DNA of 64,000 nt, taken from Vulcanimicrobiota bacterium. Lineage in GTDB: Bacteria > Vulcanimicrobiota > Vulcanimicrobiia > Vulcanimicrobiales > Vulcanimicrobiaceae. A program made the position numbers and the translations under genes. Below, piece by piece: positions 38,208 to 49,652 of the stretch (position 1 is the stretch's first letter; the number at the start of each line of letters is the position of its first letter). The stretch is taken from the NCBI GenBank assembly GCA_963792235.1, contig CAWBVR010000005.1, positions 70,980 through 134,979 of the forward strand. The letters run 5' to 3'. The notes below the pieces were generated by a model. That model did no database searches and was not told the origin of the DNA. It worked only from the letters and a program-made list of their open reading frames with translations.

Positions 38208-39206
38208 ATGGTTCCGATGTCCACCCCCATCGCTGAGACGACGTACGTGCTGCCGATCCGCCGCACGGCGCCGGTCGAGGACGACGAGCTTCCCGCGTAT
38301 CTGGACGAGCTCTCCAAGCTCGTCCCTGTCGTCGTGGTCGACGGCTCGCCGCCCGCCGTTTTCGCGCACCACGCGGCGAGCTGGCCTTCGGCCGTGCAGC
38401 ACGTTTCCGTCGACGAGGACCGCCGCGGCGACCTGAACGGGAAGGTCGCGGGCGTCGTGACCGGCCTGCGCTACGTGCGCACCGCGAAAGCGGTGATCGC
38501 CGACGACGACGTGCGCTACGATCCGTTCGCACTGCGCCGCCTCGCAGCGCTGCTCGACCACGCGGGCGTGGTGCGGCCGCAGAACGTATTCAACCCCGCG
38601 CCCTGGCACGCGGTGCTCGACACGGGCCGTACGCTGATCGCGCGCGCCACCGGCGGCGACTGGCCTGGGACGCTGGGCATTCGCATGGACGCCTACGCTC
38701 GTATCGGCGGTTACGACGGTGCGGTGCTCTTCGAGAACCTCGAGCTGGTGCGGACGCTGCGCGCGGCGGGCGCCCGCGAGCTCGTTGCCTACGACCTGTT
38801 CGTGGTGCGCCGGCCCTCGACGGCCCGGCACTTTCTGTCGCAGCGCGTGCGGCAGGCCTACGACGAGTTCGCCCGGCCGGGGCGCCTCGCCGCGCAGCTC
38901 GCGATCGCGCCGCTGCTTGCGCTAGGCACCGCACGCTACGGCGTGCGCGCGCTCGCCGCGTTCGCGTTCGGCGCCGTGGCGCTGGCCGAAAGCGGTCGCC
39001 GACGAGGCGGCGCGCGCCGCGTGTTCGCGGCGCGTACGGCGCTGCTGGCGCCGGTGTGGGTGCTGGAGCGCGCCGCCACGTCCTGGTGCGCGCTCGCGCT
39101 GCGGCTGAGCCGCGGCGGCGTTCGCTACTCGCACGGCACGCTGCGCGTCGCGGCCAACCCCGAGCGCGTGCTGCGCCGGCGGCTTGCCATGGAGGACGTC
39201 GCGTGA
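38208..39206 (+). CDS. Glycosyltransferase family 2-like protein
   Basis: YVLPIR, VVVDGS, NGKV, IADDDVRY, GGYDG, QRVRQAYD. Confidence 0.75.
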   Translation: MVPMSTPIAETTYVLPIRRTAPVEDDELPAYLDELSKLVPVVVVDGSPPAVFAHHAASWPSAVQHVSVDEDRRGDLNGKVAGVVTGLRYVRTAKAVIADDDVRYDPFALRRLAALLDHAGVVRPQNVFNPAPWHAVLDTGRTLIARATGGDWPGTLGIRMDAYARIGGYDGAVLFENLELVRTLRAAGARELVAYDLFVVRRPSTARHFLSQRVRQAYDEFARPGRLAAQLAIAPLLALGTARYGVRALAAFAFGAVALAESGRRRGGARRVFAARTALLAPVWVLERAATSWCALALRLSRGGVRYSHGTLRVAANPERVLRRRLAMEDVA

Positions 39207-40003
39207 TCGCGGGCGCGACCTCGCTGGACCACCTCGAGTGCGCCTGGCTCAACCCGTTTTCGAGCGACGCCGCCCGCGCGCACTCGTCGTACCACGGCCG
39301 CCACGGTGGGGAGCTGGTCCGCCTGCTGGATACCGCGCCGGTCAGTCCGTTCGCCCACGTCGCGCACGACGCGTTCCGCGGCTTCGTGCTCGACGACGCG
39401 TTCTCGTGTCTGGGCGCGAAGTCGGCGTTGCGGCGCGAAACCTACCGGTTCGGCGTCTACGAGCGGCTCGACGACCCGGCGGTCACCGAAGGCCTCGCGC
39501 GCGACCTCTACGCCTTCACCGCCGAACGGCTCGGGTTCGAAAGCGACTACACGACCTTCGTCGCGGTCTTTCGCGACCGCGAGGTCGGCGACGAGCTCGC
39601 CTTCGAGCGCACGCTGTGGTCGCAGCTCCAGCGCCTGCACGACCTCGACGCGCGCTATCATGCGTGGGATCCGCGCGTGAGCGACGATCCCGAGAGCTCG
39701 AAGTTCTCGTTCAGCGTTGCCGGCGACGCGTTCTTCGTGATCGGGATGCACCCCGGAGCGTCACGCACCGCGCGCCGCTTCGCCTGGCCGACGCTGGTGT
39801 TCAACGCGCACGAGCAGTTCGAGAATTTGCGCGCGGCCGGGACGTTCGCGCCGCTGCAGAGCCGTATCCGCGAGCGCGAGGTCCTGCTGGACGGCCGCAT
39901 CAACCCCAACTTGGCCGACTACGGCTATCACTCCGAGGCGCGCCAGTACTCCGGCCGCCCGAGCGAGCCGACGTGGACCTGTCCGTTCCGGCCGCGCCGC
40001 TGA
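39203..40003 (+). CDS. YqcI/YcgG family heme-dependent guanidine N-hydroxylase-like protein (GntA/DcsA-like)
   Basis: FSCLGAKSA, FSFSVAG.AFFVIGMHP, RRF..PTLVFN.HEQF, IRERE, EARQYSG, WTCPF. Confidence 0.82.
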   Translation: MIAGATSLDHLECAWLNPFSSDAARAHSSYHGRHGGELVRLLDTAPVSPFAHVAHDAFRGFVLDDAFSCLGAKSALRRETYRFGVYERLDDPAVTEGLARDLYAFTAERLGFESDYTTFVAVFRDREVGDELAFERTLWSQLQRLHDLDARYHAWDPRVSDDPESSKFSFSVAGDAFFVIGMHPGASRTARRFAWPTLVFNAHEQFENLRAAGTFAPLQSRIREREVLLDGRINPNLADYGYHSEARQYSGRPSEPTWTCPFRPRR

Positions 40004-40010
40004 GTCGCGA

Positions 40011-40595
40011 GTGACAATTCCGCCGCGCAGCGGCACGGCGTTCGTCGTGGAACGGGGCGCGACGCTGGCGATCGTGAGCCCGCAGGGCGAGCAGGTCGCG
40101 GACCTGGTTGCGTTCGCGGCGGACGACCCGCGCGAGCACCTCTCCAACGGCCGCACGTTCGACTACGAGGAGACGATCGCGCTGACCGCGGGCAACCGGC
40201 TGTGGTCGAACCGCTCGCGACCGCTGCTGACCATCGTGCGCGACGACGCCGGGACGCACGACTTCCTCCTCACGCCGTGCAGCCGGGACACCTGGCGGCT
40301 GTGCTACGGCGGTGACCACGACGACGTGCCCGGCTGCTTCGGCAACCTGGCGGCCGCGCTGGCCCCGCTGGGCATCGAGCCCGACGCGATCCCGACGGCC
40401 TTCAACGTGTTCATGCGGGTCGACGTCGGTCCCAACGGGCGGCTGGCGGTGCGGCCGCCGCGCTCGCGGCCGGGCGACGTATTCGCGGTGCGGGCCGAGG
40501 AGCGGCTGATCGTCGGGCTGACCGCCTGCTCGGCGAGCCAGTCGAACAACGGCACGTTCAAGCCGATCCGGTATCAGATCGACCCCGCTTCGTAG
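40011..40595 (+). CDS. Urea-carboxylase-associated protein (DUF1989)
   Basis: GEQVADL, LSNGRT, LWSNRSRP, HDFLLTPCS, GCFGNL, FNVFM, TACSA. Confidence 0.88.
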   Translation: MTIPPRSGTAFVVERGATLAIVSPQGEQVADLVAFAADDPREHLSNGRTFDYEETIALTAGNRLWSNRSRPLLTIVRDDAGTHDFLLTPCSRDTWRLCYGGDHDDVPGCFGNLAAALAPLGIEPDAIPTAFNVFMRVDVGPNGRLAVRPPRSRPGDVFAVRAEERLIVGLTACSASQSNNGTFKPIRYQIDPAS

Positions 40596-40599
40596 CTGC

Positions 40600-40683
40600 C
40601 GAGCGGCGCCTTCGGCCTGCGAGCGGCGCCTTCGGCCTTGCGAGCGGCGCCTTCGGCCCTTGCGAGCGGCGCCTGCGGCGCTG
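40600..40683. repeat. Tandem repeat, 4 x 20-22 bp
   Basis: CGAGCGGCGCCTTCGGCC(C/T)nTG at 40600, 40620, 40641 and a degenerate copy at 40663. Confidence 0.9.
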
Positions 40684-40702
40684 CGAAGCGACCTTGGCCG
40701 CG

Positions 40703-40731
40703 TTGACGCTCTCTCCCGTAAATGGTATGCT
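40703..40731 (+). promoter_or_regulatory. Sigma70 promoter of the str operon
   Basis: TTGACG-17 bp-TATGCT with extended -10 TG. Confidence 0.75.
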
Positions 40732-40792
40732 TCGGAGGTTCCGGCCGGACCGCCGTGGTTCGGCCGCTTTCGTGTGCGTTCCGGAGTACTGA

Positions 40793-41236
40793 GTGCCGAC
40801 GATCTCCCAGCTGGTCCGTAAGGGCCGCGAGAAACAGCAGAAAAAGGTGAAGACCCCGGCGTTCCGCGTCGTTTCGACCGGACCCAAGCCGGGTCACCCC
40901 GACCTGCCCAACCGCACCTTCGAGGTGCCGGGTAACCCGCAGCGCCGCGGCGTCTGCACTCAAGTGAAGACGATCACGCCGAAGAAGCCGAACTCGGCCC
41001 TGCGCAAAGTCGCGCGCGTGCGCCTCACCAACGGTGAGGAAGTCACGGCGTACATCCCGGGCATCGGCCACAACCTGCAGGAGCACTCGGTCGTCCTGAT
41101 CCGCGGCGGCCGCGTCAAAGATCTGCCCGGCGTGCGTTATCACATCATCCGCGGGACGCTCGACACGTCGGGCGCCGCGAACCGCAAGCAAGGCCGCTCG
41201 AAATACGGCGCCAAGCGCAACGTGAAGAAGAAGTAA
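40793..41236 (+). CDS. rpsL: 30S ribosomal protein S12
   Basis: [36 protein letters not shown]. Confidence 0.98.
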   Translation: MPTISQLVRKGREKQQKKVKTPAFRVVSTGPKPGHPDLPNRTFEVPGNPQRRGVCTQVKTITPKKPNSALRKVARVRLTNGEEVTAYIPGIGHNLQEHSVVLIRGGRVKDLPGVRYHIIRGTLDTSGAANRKQGRSKYGAKRNVKKK

Positions 41237-41251
41237 GGACCGCGAACACCC

Positions 41252-41722
41252 ATGCCGCGTAAGGGACCCGTCCCCAAACGACCGATTCTCCCCGACCCGA
41301 AATTCGGTTCGAAAGTGCTCGCGCGCTTCATCAACAAGGTGATGCTGCGCGGCAAGAAGTCGGTCGCCGAGCTCATCACCTACGATGCGCTCGAGCTCGT
41401 CGCGACCAAGTCGGGTCGCGATCCGATGGACGTGTTCACGCAGGCGCTGGGCAACGCGATGCCGCTGGTCGAGGTTCGCCCTCGCCGCGTCGGCGGTGCG
41501 ACGTACCAGGTCCCGATGGAGGTCCGTCCGGACCGCCGCCAGGCGATGGCGATGCGCTGGCTCATCAGCTACGCGCGCGCCCGGCCCGGCAAATCGATGA
41601 CCGAAAAGCTCGCGAACGAATTGATGGACGCCTCGAACAACCAGGGCGCGTCGATCAAAAAGCGCGAGGACACGCACAAGATGGCAGAAGCCAACAAAGC
41701 TTTCGCCCACTACCGCTGGTGA
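41252..41722 (+). CDS. rpsG: 30S ribosomal protein S7
   Basis: [26 protein letters not shown]. Confidence 0.98.
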   Translation: MPRKGPVPKRPILPDPKFGSKVLARFINKVMLRGKKSVAELITYDALELVATKSGRDPMDVFTQALGNAMPLVEVRPRRVGGATYQVPMEVRPDRRQAMAMRWLISYARARPGKSMTEKLANELMDASNNQGASIKKREDTHKMAEANKAFAHYRW

Positions 41723-41743
41723 TCGGCATACTCTAGGTTTTTC

Positions 41744-43857
41744 ATGGCTCTCAAGCGCGACTATCCGCTCGAACACACCCGAAACATCGGGATCGCTGCT
41801 CACATCGACGCCGGCAAGACGACGGCGACGGAGCGGATTCTTTTCTATACCGGCCGCACGCACAAGATCGGTGAAGTGCACGACGGCGCTGCCACCATGG
41901 ACTGGATGGTCCAGGAGCAGGAGCGCGGCATCACGATCACGTCGGCCGCGACCGCTTGCACGTGGCGCGACACGCGTATCAACATCATCGATACGCCAGG
42001 CCACGTGGACTTCACGGTCGAGGTCGAGCGCGCTCGCTGCGCGTGCTCGACGGCCTCGTCGCGCTCTTCGACTCGGTCGCCGCGGTGCAGCCGCAGTCCG
42101 AGACCGTGTGGCGCCAAGCCAACAAGTACGCCGTCCCGCGCGTCATCTTCGTCAACAAGATGGACCGCATGGGCGCGGACTTCTTCAACTGCGTCCGCCA
42201 GATCCGCACGCGCCTCGGCGCGCCCGCGACGCCCATCCAGGTGCCGATCGGCGCCGAGGGCGACTTCCTTGGCGTCGTCGACCTTTTCACGATGAGCAAG
42301 ATCATCTACACCGACGATCTCGGCTCGACGTCGGAGTCGACGCCGGTCACCGAAGCCGACGGCGAGCTCTTCACGACCGCGCAGGAATGGCGCCAGGCGC
42401 TCATCGAGGCGATCGCCGAGCAGGACGACGCGCTGCTCGAGATGTTCTTCGACGGCCAAGAGATCCCGATCGAGCGCCTGCACAAGGCGCTTCGTGCGGC
42501 GACGATCCAGGGCAAGGTTCTGCCGATGCTCTGCGGCTCGGCGTTCAAGAACAAGGGCGTGCAGCCGCTGCTCGACGCTGTCGTCGACTTCTTGCCGTCA
42601 CCCATCGACGCCAAGCCGATCACGGGCAAGGATCCGAAGGACGAGGACGCCGAGATCACGCGCCGCCCGGCCGACGACGAACCGTTCGCCGCGCTCGCGT
42701 TCAAGATCGCGACCGATCCGTACGGCAACCTGACGTATTTCCGCGTGTACTCGGGCGTGCTCGAAAAAGGCACGTACCTCTACAACGCGCGCAGCCAGCG
42801 CAAGGAGCGCATCGGGCGCATCCTGCGGATGCACGCCAACCATCGCGAAGACATCGACGCGATCGGCGCGGGCGACATCGCGGCGGCGGTCGGTCTCACC
42901 GACACGCGCACCGGCGACACGCTGTGCGACGAGAAGCATCCGATCCTGCTCGAGAACATCACGTTCCCGGAGCCCGTCATCTCGCAGGCCATCGAGCCGA
43001 AGACGAAGGGCGATCAGGACAAGATGGGCATCGCCCTGACGCGGCTCGCGCAGGAAGACCCGACGTTCCGCATGCGGACCGACGAAGAGACCCAGCAGAC
43101 GATCATCGCCGGCATGGGTGAGCTTCACCTCGAGATCATCCTGGATCGTCTGAAGCGCGAGTTCAAGGTCGAGGCGAACGTCGGCAAGCCGCAGGTCGCG
43201 TACAAAGAAGCGATCACCAAGAAGGTCGAGAAGCAAGGAAAGTTCGTCCGGCAGACCGGCGGCAAGGGCCAGTACGGCGACGTCTGGATCCGCCTCGAGC
43301 CCGGCGAGCCGAACACCGGCTACGAGTTCAAGTGGGGCATCGTCGGTGGGACGATCCCTAAGGAATTCCAAAAGCCGGTCATGGAAGGCATCCGTGAGGC
43401 GTCGCAGAGCGGCGTGCTTGCGGGCTATCCCGTCCTCGACTTCAAGGTCACGGTCTTCGACGGTTCGTTCCACGACGTCGACTCCAGCGAGATGGCGTTC
43501 AAGATCGCCGGCTCGATGGCGTTCAAGGAAGCGAACCGCGCCGCGGGCCCGATCTTGCTCGAACCCATCATGGGCGTCGAAGTCACCGCTCCGCGCGATT
43601 ACATGGGCGCGGTCAACGGCGACCTCAACCGCCGCCGCGGCCAAATCCAATCGCAGGACGAAGCGGTCGGCGGCGCGGTGGTGATCAAGGCGAACGTTCC
43701 GCTGAGCGAGATGTTCGGATACGCAACGGATTTGCGATCGGCGACTCAGGGACGAGCGACCTACACGATGGAGTTCGCGCACTACGAAAAGGCGCCCAAG
43801 TCCATCGAAGAAGAGATCGTCGCCAAAGCTCAAGGAAAAAAACTGGCGACCGCTTAG
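41744..43857 (+). CDS. fusA: Elongation factor G (frameshift near 42030, probable sequencing error)
   Basis: [34 protein letters not shown]; an extra GC dinucleotide at [10 protein letters not shown]. Confidence 0.96.
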
Positions 43858-43862
43858 GGACT

Positions 43863-43880
43863 GACGACGACGACGACGAC
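43863..43880. repeat. (GAC)6 microsatellite in fusA-tuf spacer
   Basis: gacgacgacgacgacgac. Confidence 0.8.
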
Positions 43881-44009
43881 GAGCCACCGGCCGGCGTCGG
43901 AGCCCGTCGAAAACGCTAGAGCCCCTAGTCGGGCGGCTAGCGCGCATCCGCCACCCCGTTTCACGCACACGCACACACACGCGCAAAAGGACACCGAGAA
44001 AAAGGCATC

Positions 44010-45212
<1,203 letters not shown>

Positions 45213-45367
45213 CTGTACCGCCATCTGCGGGTTCTGCGGAACCCTCGGCTTCGGCCGATTCGTTGACCGCGGGATCGTGGACCGTAGTCCACTTCACCCA
45301 CCGTCGCCTCGCATCTGTCGGCACATTTAGCCCGCTGAACACCTAGACAAAGCACCGAAAGAATATC

Positions 45368-45676
<309 letters not shown>

Positions 45677-45761
45677 CTTTATCCGTCAAAGTTCGCGCTG
45701 CGCGCGATCTTTGCCGGCTAAAGCCGCGCCCTTCGGGCGCTGTTCACTCGCCGACCCCTCT

Positions 45762-45792
45762 GACCCGCGGTGGAAGCCGGGGTCTTTTCTTT
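45762..45792 (+). terminator. Intrinsic terminator after rpsJ
   Basis: GACCCgCGG-tggaag-CCGGGGTC followed by TTTTCTTT. Confidence 0.65.
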
Positions 45793-45840
45793 GCTCGGCG
45801 GCGGGCAGCGACCCGGGCGCGGTTTGGAGAAGCAGACCGT

Positions 45841-46266
45841 ATGCCGAGCTCCATCGACGTGAAGTACGAGCGCGCGTTCAGCGGGACGACGCGGCGCATC
45901 TTCGAGCTGCTCACCGCGATGGGGACGGCCGAGGACCGGGTGTGGCCGTTTCCGTCGCAGCCGTTCATGCGCAGCGCCGGGCCGCTGACGCCGGGCGCCA
46001 CCGAGGAGTGGCACGGCCCGATCCACGCGGTGCTCGAAGAGGTCGAGCCGGAGAAGCGGATCGTGTGGCGCATCGACAGCCCGGGCGTCGAGGGCACGCA
46101 CGCGTTCGAGCTCGAGGCCGAAGGCCGCAAGGTGATCGTGCGCCACCGGCTTACCGCGACGCTGTCGGACACCGACGGCCGCATCGTGTGGAAGCGCTAC
46201 GAAGAGCCGCACCAGCGCGCGATCGAAGGTCTCTTCGACAAGCTCGCGCGCGTTCTCAAACGCTAG
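45841..46266 (+). CDS. SRPBCC/START-like domain protein
   Basis: SD GGAG; VEPEKRIVWR, GTHAFEL, C-terminal long helix. Confidence 0.65.
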   Translation: MPSSIDVKYERAFSGTTRRIFELLTAMGTAEDRVWPFPSQPFMRSAGPLTPGATEEWHGPIHAVLEEVEPEKRIVWRIDSPGVEGTHAFELEAEGRKVIVRHRLTATLSDTDGRIVWKRYEEPHQRAIEGLFDKLARVLKR

Positions 46267-46270
46267 CGCG

Positions 46271-47176
46271 CTACTGCTGCTGCTGTTCTTCTTGCTGCTG
46301 CTGTTCCAGCGGCCGTTGATCGGCAGCATCGGTGCCCGGCGCCGCGCCGACGGCGACCGCGACCGAGAGCGTCGCCGCTTCGACGCCGCGGTACAGGCCG
46401 CGCGTCGGGCTGACGTCGCCGTAGTCGCGGCCTAGCGCGACGAGCACGAAGCCGTCGTCGACGAGGCGGTCGTTGGTCGGGTCGAAGCCGACCCAGCCGA
46501 ACGGCGGCAGATATGCTTCGGCCCATGCGTGCGACGCGTCGGCACCGAGGATTCCCGCCTGGCCGCGGAAGATGTAGCCGCTCGCGTAGCGCGCGGGGAT
46601 GCCGCGCGTGCGCGCCAGCGCGATCAGCACGTGCGCGAAGTCCTGGCACACGCCGGCGCGCGCCGCGATCACGTCGGCGACGGTCGTGCGCACGTCCGTC
46701 ACGCCGGGGCGGTAGCTGAAGTGGCGGTTCAAGTACGAGCCGGCCGCGAGGAAGTACGCGGCGAGGTCGCCTTCGGGCGCGTCGATGTCGTGCGCGAGCG
46801 CGGCGACGGCGTCGTCGACGCACACGTACGGCGTCGTGCCGCGGAACTCGGCGAGCTCCGGCAGGCGCGGGTCGGCGTCGAGGTCGGCCGCGCGCACGCC
46901 GCGCGTCGGGCCGTTGCCGTTGGCGGGGAGCGTGACGACGTGCGAGCGCGCCACGATGCGCAGTTCGGTGTGCTCGGGCACGATCGCGAAGTGCTGCACG
47001 TCGTTGCCGAACCGGTCGACGTACGAGAACACGCGCGAGCGCGGCGTCACGTCTAGCCCGAAGCCGGTGCAGTACTGCCGCAAGTTCGTGCGCGGCTGCA
47101 GGTGCACGACCGTGTAGCTCTCCGTCACCGAGCACGGGTACTGGTAGATCGTCTCGTGCTCGACCGTGTACTCCAC
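46271..47176 (-). CDS. Transglutaminase-like protein with poly-Gln tail
   Basis: HETIYQY, DRFGN, GVCQDFAH, ARYASGY, HAWAE, FDPTN, GRDYGDV. Confidence 0.92.
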   Translation of the reverse strand: MEYTVEHETIYQYPCSVTESYTVVHLQPRTNLRQYCTGFGLDVTPRSRVFSYVDRFGNDVQHFAIVPEHTELRIVARSHVVTLPANGNGPTRGVRAADLDADPRLPELAEFRGTTPYVCVDDAVAALAHDIDAPEGDLAAYFLAAGSYLNRHFSYRPGVTDVRTTVADVIAARAGVCQDFAHVLIALARTRGIPARYASGYIFRGQAGILGADASHAWAEAYLPPFGWVGFDPTNDRLVDDGFVLVALGRDYGDVSPTRGLYRGVEAATLSVAVAVGAAPGTDAADQRPLEQQQQEEQQQQ

Positions 47177-47177
47177 G

Positions 47178-48128
47178 CTACACCGCCAGCGCGGCCGGGA
47201 CGGGCGTGCGCGGGAAATAGACGCGCTGGATCGCGCTCACGAGCGCGTCGAACGTGCCGATCGTGCGCCGCGCAAACGGGTGGAGGCCTTCGGCGAAGAG
47301 ATCGTCGGCGTCGGCGAAGTTGAACGTCGCGCATAACCGGCCGGCCTGCTTCTCGGCGTCGTCGGTATAGGAGCGCGCCGACGTCTCCGAGAGCCGGTGG
47401 AGCGCCGCGTGGATCTCGTTCGCGCAGAAGTTCAGCGAGCGCGGGAACGTCGCGCGGAACACGATGAACGCCGCCGCGTCGCGCGGGCTCTGGAGGTGGC
47501 GCGCCACGCGCGCGAACGGGAAGCTCGCGCAGCACATCTCGAGCAGCCGCTGCCATTCGGGCCACGGGTCGTCGAGCGACTCCGCGGTAGAGAGGATGCG
47601 GGTCGTGAGCGCGCCGCGCTCCAAGAAGCGCCCGAGCTGCATGAAGTTCCAGCCGTCCTCGTGCAGCAGCGTCGCGGCGGTGACGCCCGCGATCGCCTGG
47701 CAGCGGTCGCGCACGCGGCGCAGCATGCGCGCCGGCCCCTCTTCGAGGACGGAGTCGAGGTCCTGCGAGCGCACGTCGAGGTAGAGCTCGTTGATGTGCT
47801 CCCACAGCTCGGTCGACAACTCTGCGCGCAAGCCGATCGCGTTGCCGCGCGCGGTGGCGATGCACGAGACGATCGACGACGAGTTGCGCTCGTCGAAGAC
47901 GCAGCGTGCGAGCGCCTCCGTCGCGGCGGAGTCGCCCAGCGTGACGGTGTCCGGATGCGCGAACGTCGCGATCGCGATGGCGGTGCGCCACGAGCGCTGC
48001 GACCACGCGCCGCCGGCGTACAAGTCCATCGAACGTGTGTAGGTCACGTCGAGCACGCGCGCGACGGTCTCCGCGCGCTCCACGTTGCGGCTGAGCCAGA
48101 AGAACGACTCCGCGAGGCGGCTAAGCAT
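47178..48128 (-). CDS. Alpha-E domain protein (DUF403)
   Basis: MLSRLAESFFWLSRNVERAE, GRFLERG (two ER motifs), FPRSL. Confidence 0.92.
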   Translation of the reverse strand: MLSRLAESFFWLSRNVERAETVARVLDVTYTRSMDLYAGGAWSQRSWRTAIAIATFAHPDTVTLGDSAATEALARCVFDERNSSSIVSCIATARGNAIGLRAELSTELWEHINELYLDVRSQDLDSVLEEGPARMLRRVRDRCQAIAGVTAATLLHEDGWNFMQLGRFLERGALTTRILSTAESLDDPWPEWQRLLEMCCASFPFARVARHLQSPRDAAAFIVFRATFPRSLNFCANEIHAALHRLSETSARSYTDDAEKQAGRLCATFNFADADDLFAEGLHPFARRTIGTFDALVSAIQRVYFPRTPVPAALAV

Positions 48129-49572
48129 CGCCGTCCTCCTCGGCGAGCACCCAGGTGTCTTTGCTGCCGCCGCCCTGCGACGAGTTGACGACCAGCGAGC
48201 CTCGGCGCAGCGCGACGCGGGTGAGCGCGGCCGGCGGCACGTCCACCGTGTTGCCGTACAGCGCGAAGGGGCGCAGGTCGACGCGCCGCGCGGCGAGCAC
48301 GCCGTCCACCAGCGTCGGGTGCGACGAGAGCTCGATGACCGGCTGCGCGATGTAGTTGCGCGGTTCGGCTTCGATCTTGCGGCGGAACTCCTCGCGCTGC
48401 TGCGCCGTGGACGCGGGGCCGATCAGCATGCCGTAGCCGCCCGAGCCGTTGGTGCGCTTGACGACGAGTTGCTCCAAGTTGCCCACGACGTGCCGGCGGC
48501 TGACGTCGTCGGAGCAGTCCAGCGTCTCCACGTTGTCCAGCAGGGGCTCCTCGCGCAGGTAGAAGCGGATCATCTCCGGGACGAAGCGGTAGAGCGCCTT
48601 GTCGTCGGCGACCCCCGTGCCGATCGCGTTTGCGAGCCCGACGTTGCCGGCGCGGTACGCGTTCATCAAGCCGACCACGCCCAGCGCCGAGTCGGGGCGG
48701 AAATAGAGCGGGTCGAGGAAGTCGTCGTCGATCCTTCGGTAGAGCACGTCGACACGTTCCAGGCCGCGCGTCGTCTTGAGGAACACGCGGTTGTCGACCA
48801 CGATCAGGTCGCGCCCCTCGGCGAGCGGCACGCCCATCGTGCGCGCGAGCATCGAGTGCTCGTAATATGCCGAGTTGTAGATGCCGGGCGTGAGCAGGAC
48901 GACGCGCGGCTCGTGCGCGCTGGGCGGCGCGGCTTCGCGCAGCGTGCGCAAGAGGCGCATCGGGTAGTCGTCCACGGGCTCGACACGGTAACCGTCGAAC
49001 AGCCGCGGGAACGTGCGCTTGAGCACGTCGCGGTTCTCGAGCACGTATGAGATGCCCGACGGCGTGCGCACGTTGTCTTCGAGCACGCGCGGCGTCCCGG
49101 TCTCGTCGCGGATCAGGTCGATCCCGCTGACGTGGATGTAGACGTCGTTGAGCACCCGCACGCCGATCATCTCGCGCACGAACAGATCGGAGGAGTAGAC
49201 CAGCTCGCGCGGGATACGGCCTTCGCGCAGGATGCGCGCGCCGTGGTACACGTCGCCCAGGAAGGCGTTGAGTGCGCGGACGCGCTGCTCGACGCCGCTG
49301 GCGATCCGCCGCCATTCCCGGTATGAGAAGACGCGCGGGATCGGATCGAACGGGAAGATGCGCTCGGTGCCGGCCGCTTCGGCGTACACGGTGAACGTCA
49401 CGCCGCGCCGCAAAAGCGCGGCGTTGATGGCCTGGACGCCGTTGACCAGCATCTCGGGCTCGACCGAGGCGAGCGTGCGCGCGAGCTGCTCGTAGTTCGG
49501 GCGCGGCTTGGCGCCGTCGAAGAACTCGTCGAAGACCTGCCCGACCTCGGGGCGCTGCACCAGCTCGAGCAT
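48121..49572 (-). CDS. Circularly permuted type 2 ATP-grasp protein
   Basis: FPFDPIPR, VLEDNVRTPSGISY, YRRIDDDFLDP, GSGGYGM, DLRPF, VNSSQGGGSKDTW. Confidence 0.95.
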   Translation of the reverse strand: MLELVQRPEVGQVFDEFFDGAKPRPNYEQLARTLASVEPEMLVNGVQAINAALLRRGVTFTVYAEAAGTERIFPFDPIPRVFSYREWRRIASGVEQRVRALNAFLGDVYHGARILREGRIPRELVYSSDLFVREMIGVRVLNDVYIHVSGIDLIRDETGTPRVLEDNVRTPSGISYVLENRDVLKRTFPRLFDGYRVEPVDDYPMRLLRTLREAAPPSAHEPRVVLLTPGIYNSAYYEHSMLARTMGVPLAEGRDLIVVDNRVFLKTTRGLERVDVLYRRIDDDFLDPLYFRPDSALGVVGLMNAYRAGNVGLANAIGTGVADDKALYRFVPEMIRFYLREEPLLDNVETLDCSDDVSRRHVVGNLEQLVVKRTNGSGGYGMLIGPASTAQQREEFRRKIEAEPRNYIAQPVIELSSHPTLVDGVLAARRVDLRPFALYGNTVDVPPAALTRVALRRGSLVVNSSQGGGSKDTWVLAEEDGDA

Positions 49573-49652
49573 CAGTTGCTTCCCCTTCCCGCCCTGCGGC
49601 GCGCCTCCGTTCGACAGATGGCCAAAGGCCCCCCGACGACGGCGTGAAAATC

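Noticed and set aside
39203-40003. Guanitoxin biosynthesis
   Set aside because: Only a GntA-family homolog is present; none of the other pathway enzymes (kinase, methyltransferases, PLP cyclodehydratase) are here
40600-40683. CRISPR array
   Set aside because: Repeats are contiguous with no unique spacers, and there are no cas genes
43858-44009. ncRNA or tRNA in the fusA-tuf spacer
   Set aside because: Only a (GAC)6 run, one imperfect hairpin and a CA-rich tract; no cloverleaf or recognisable family
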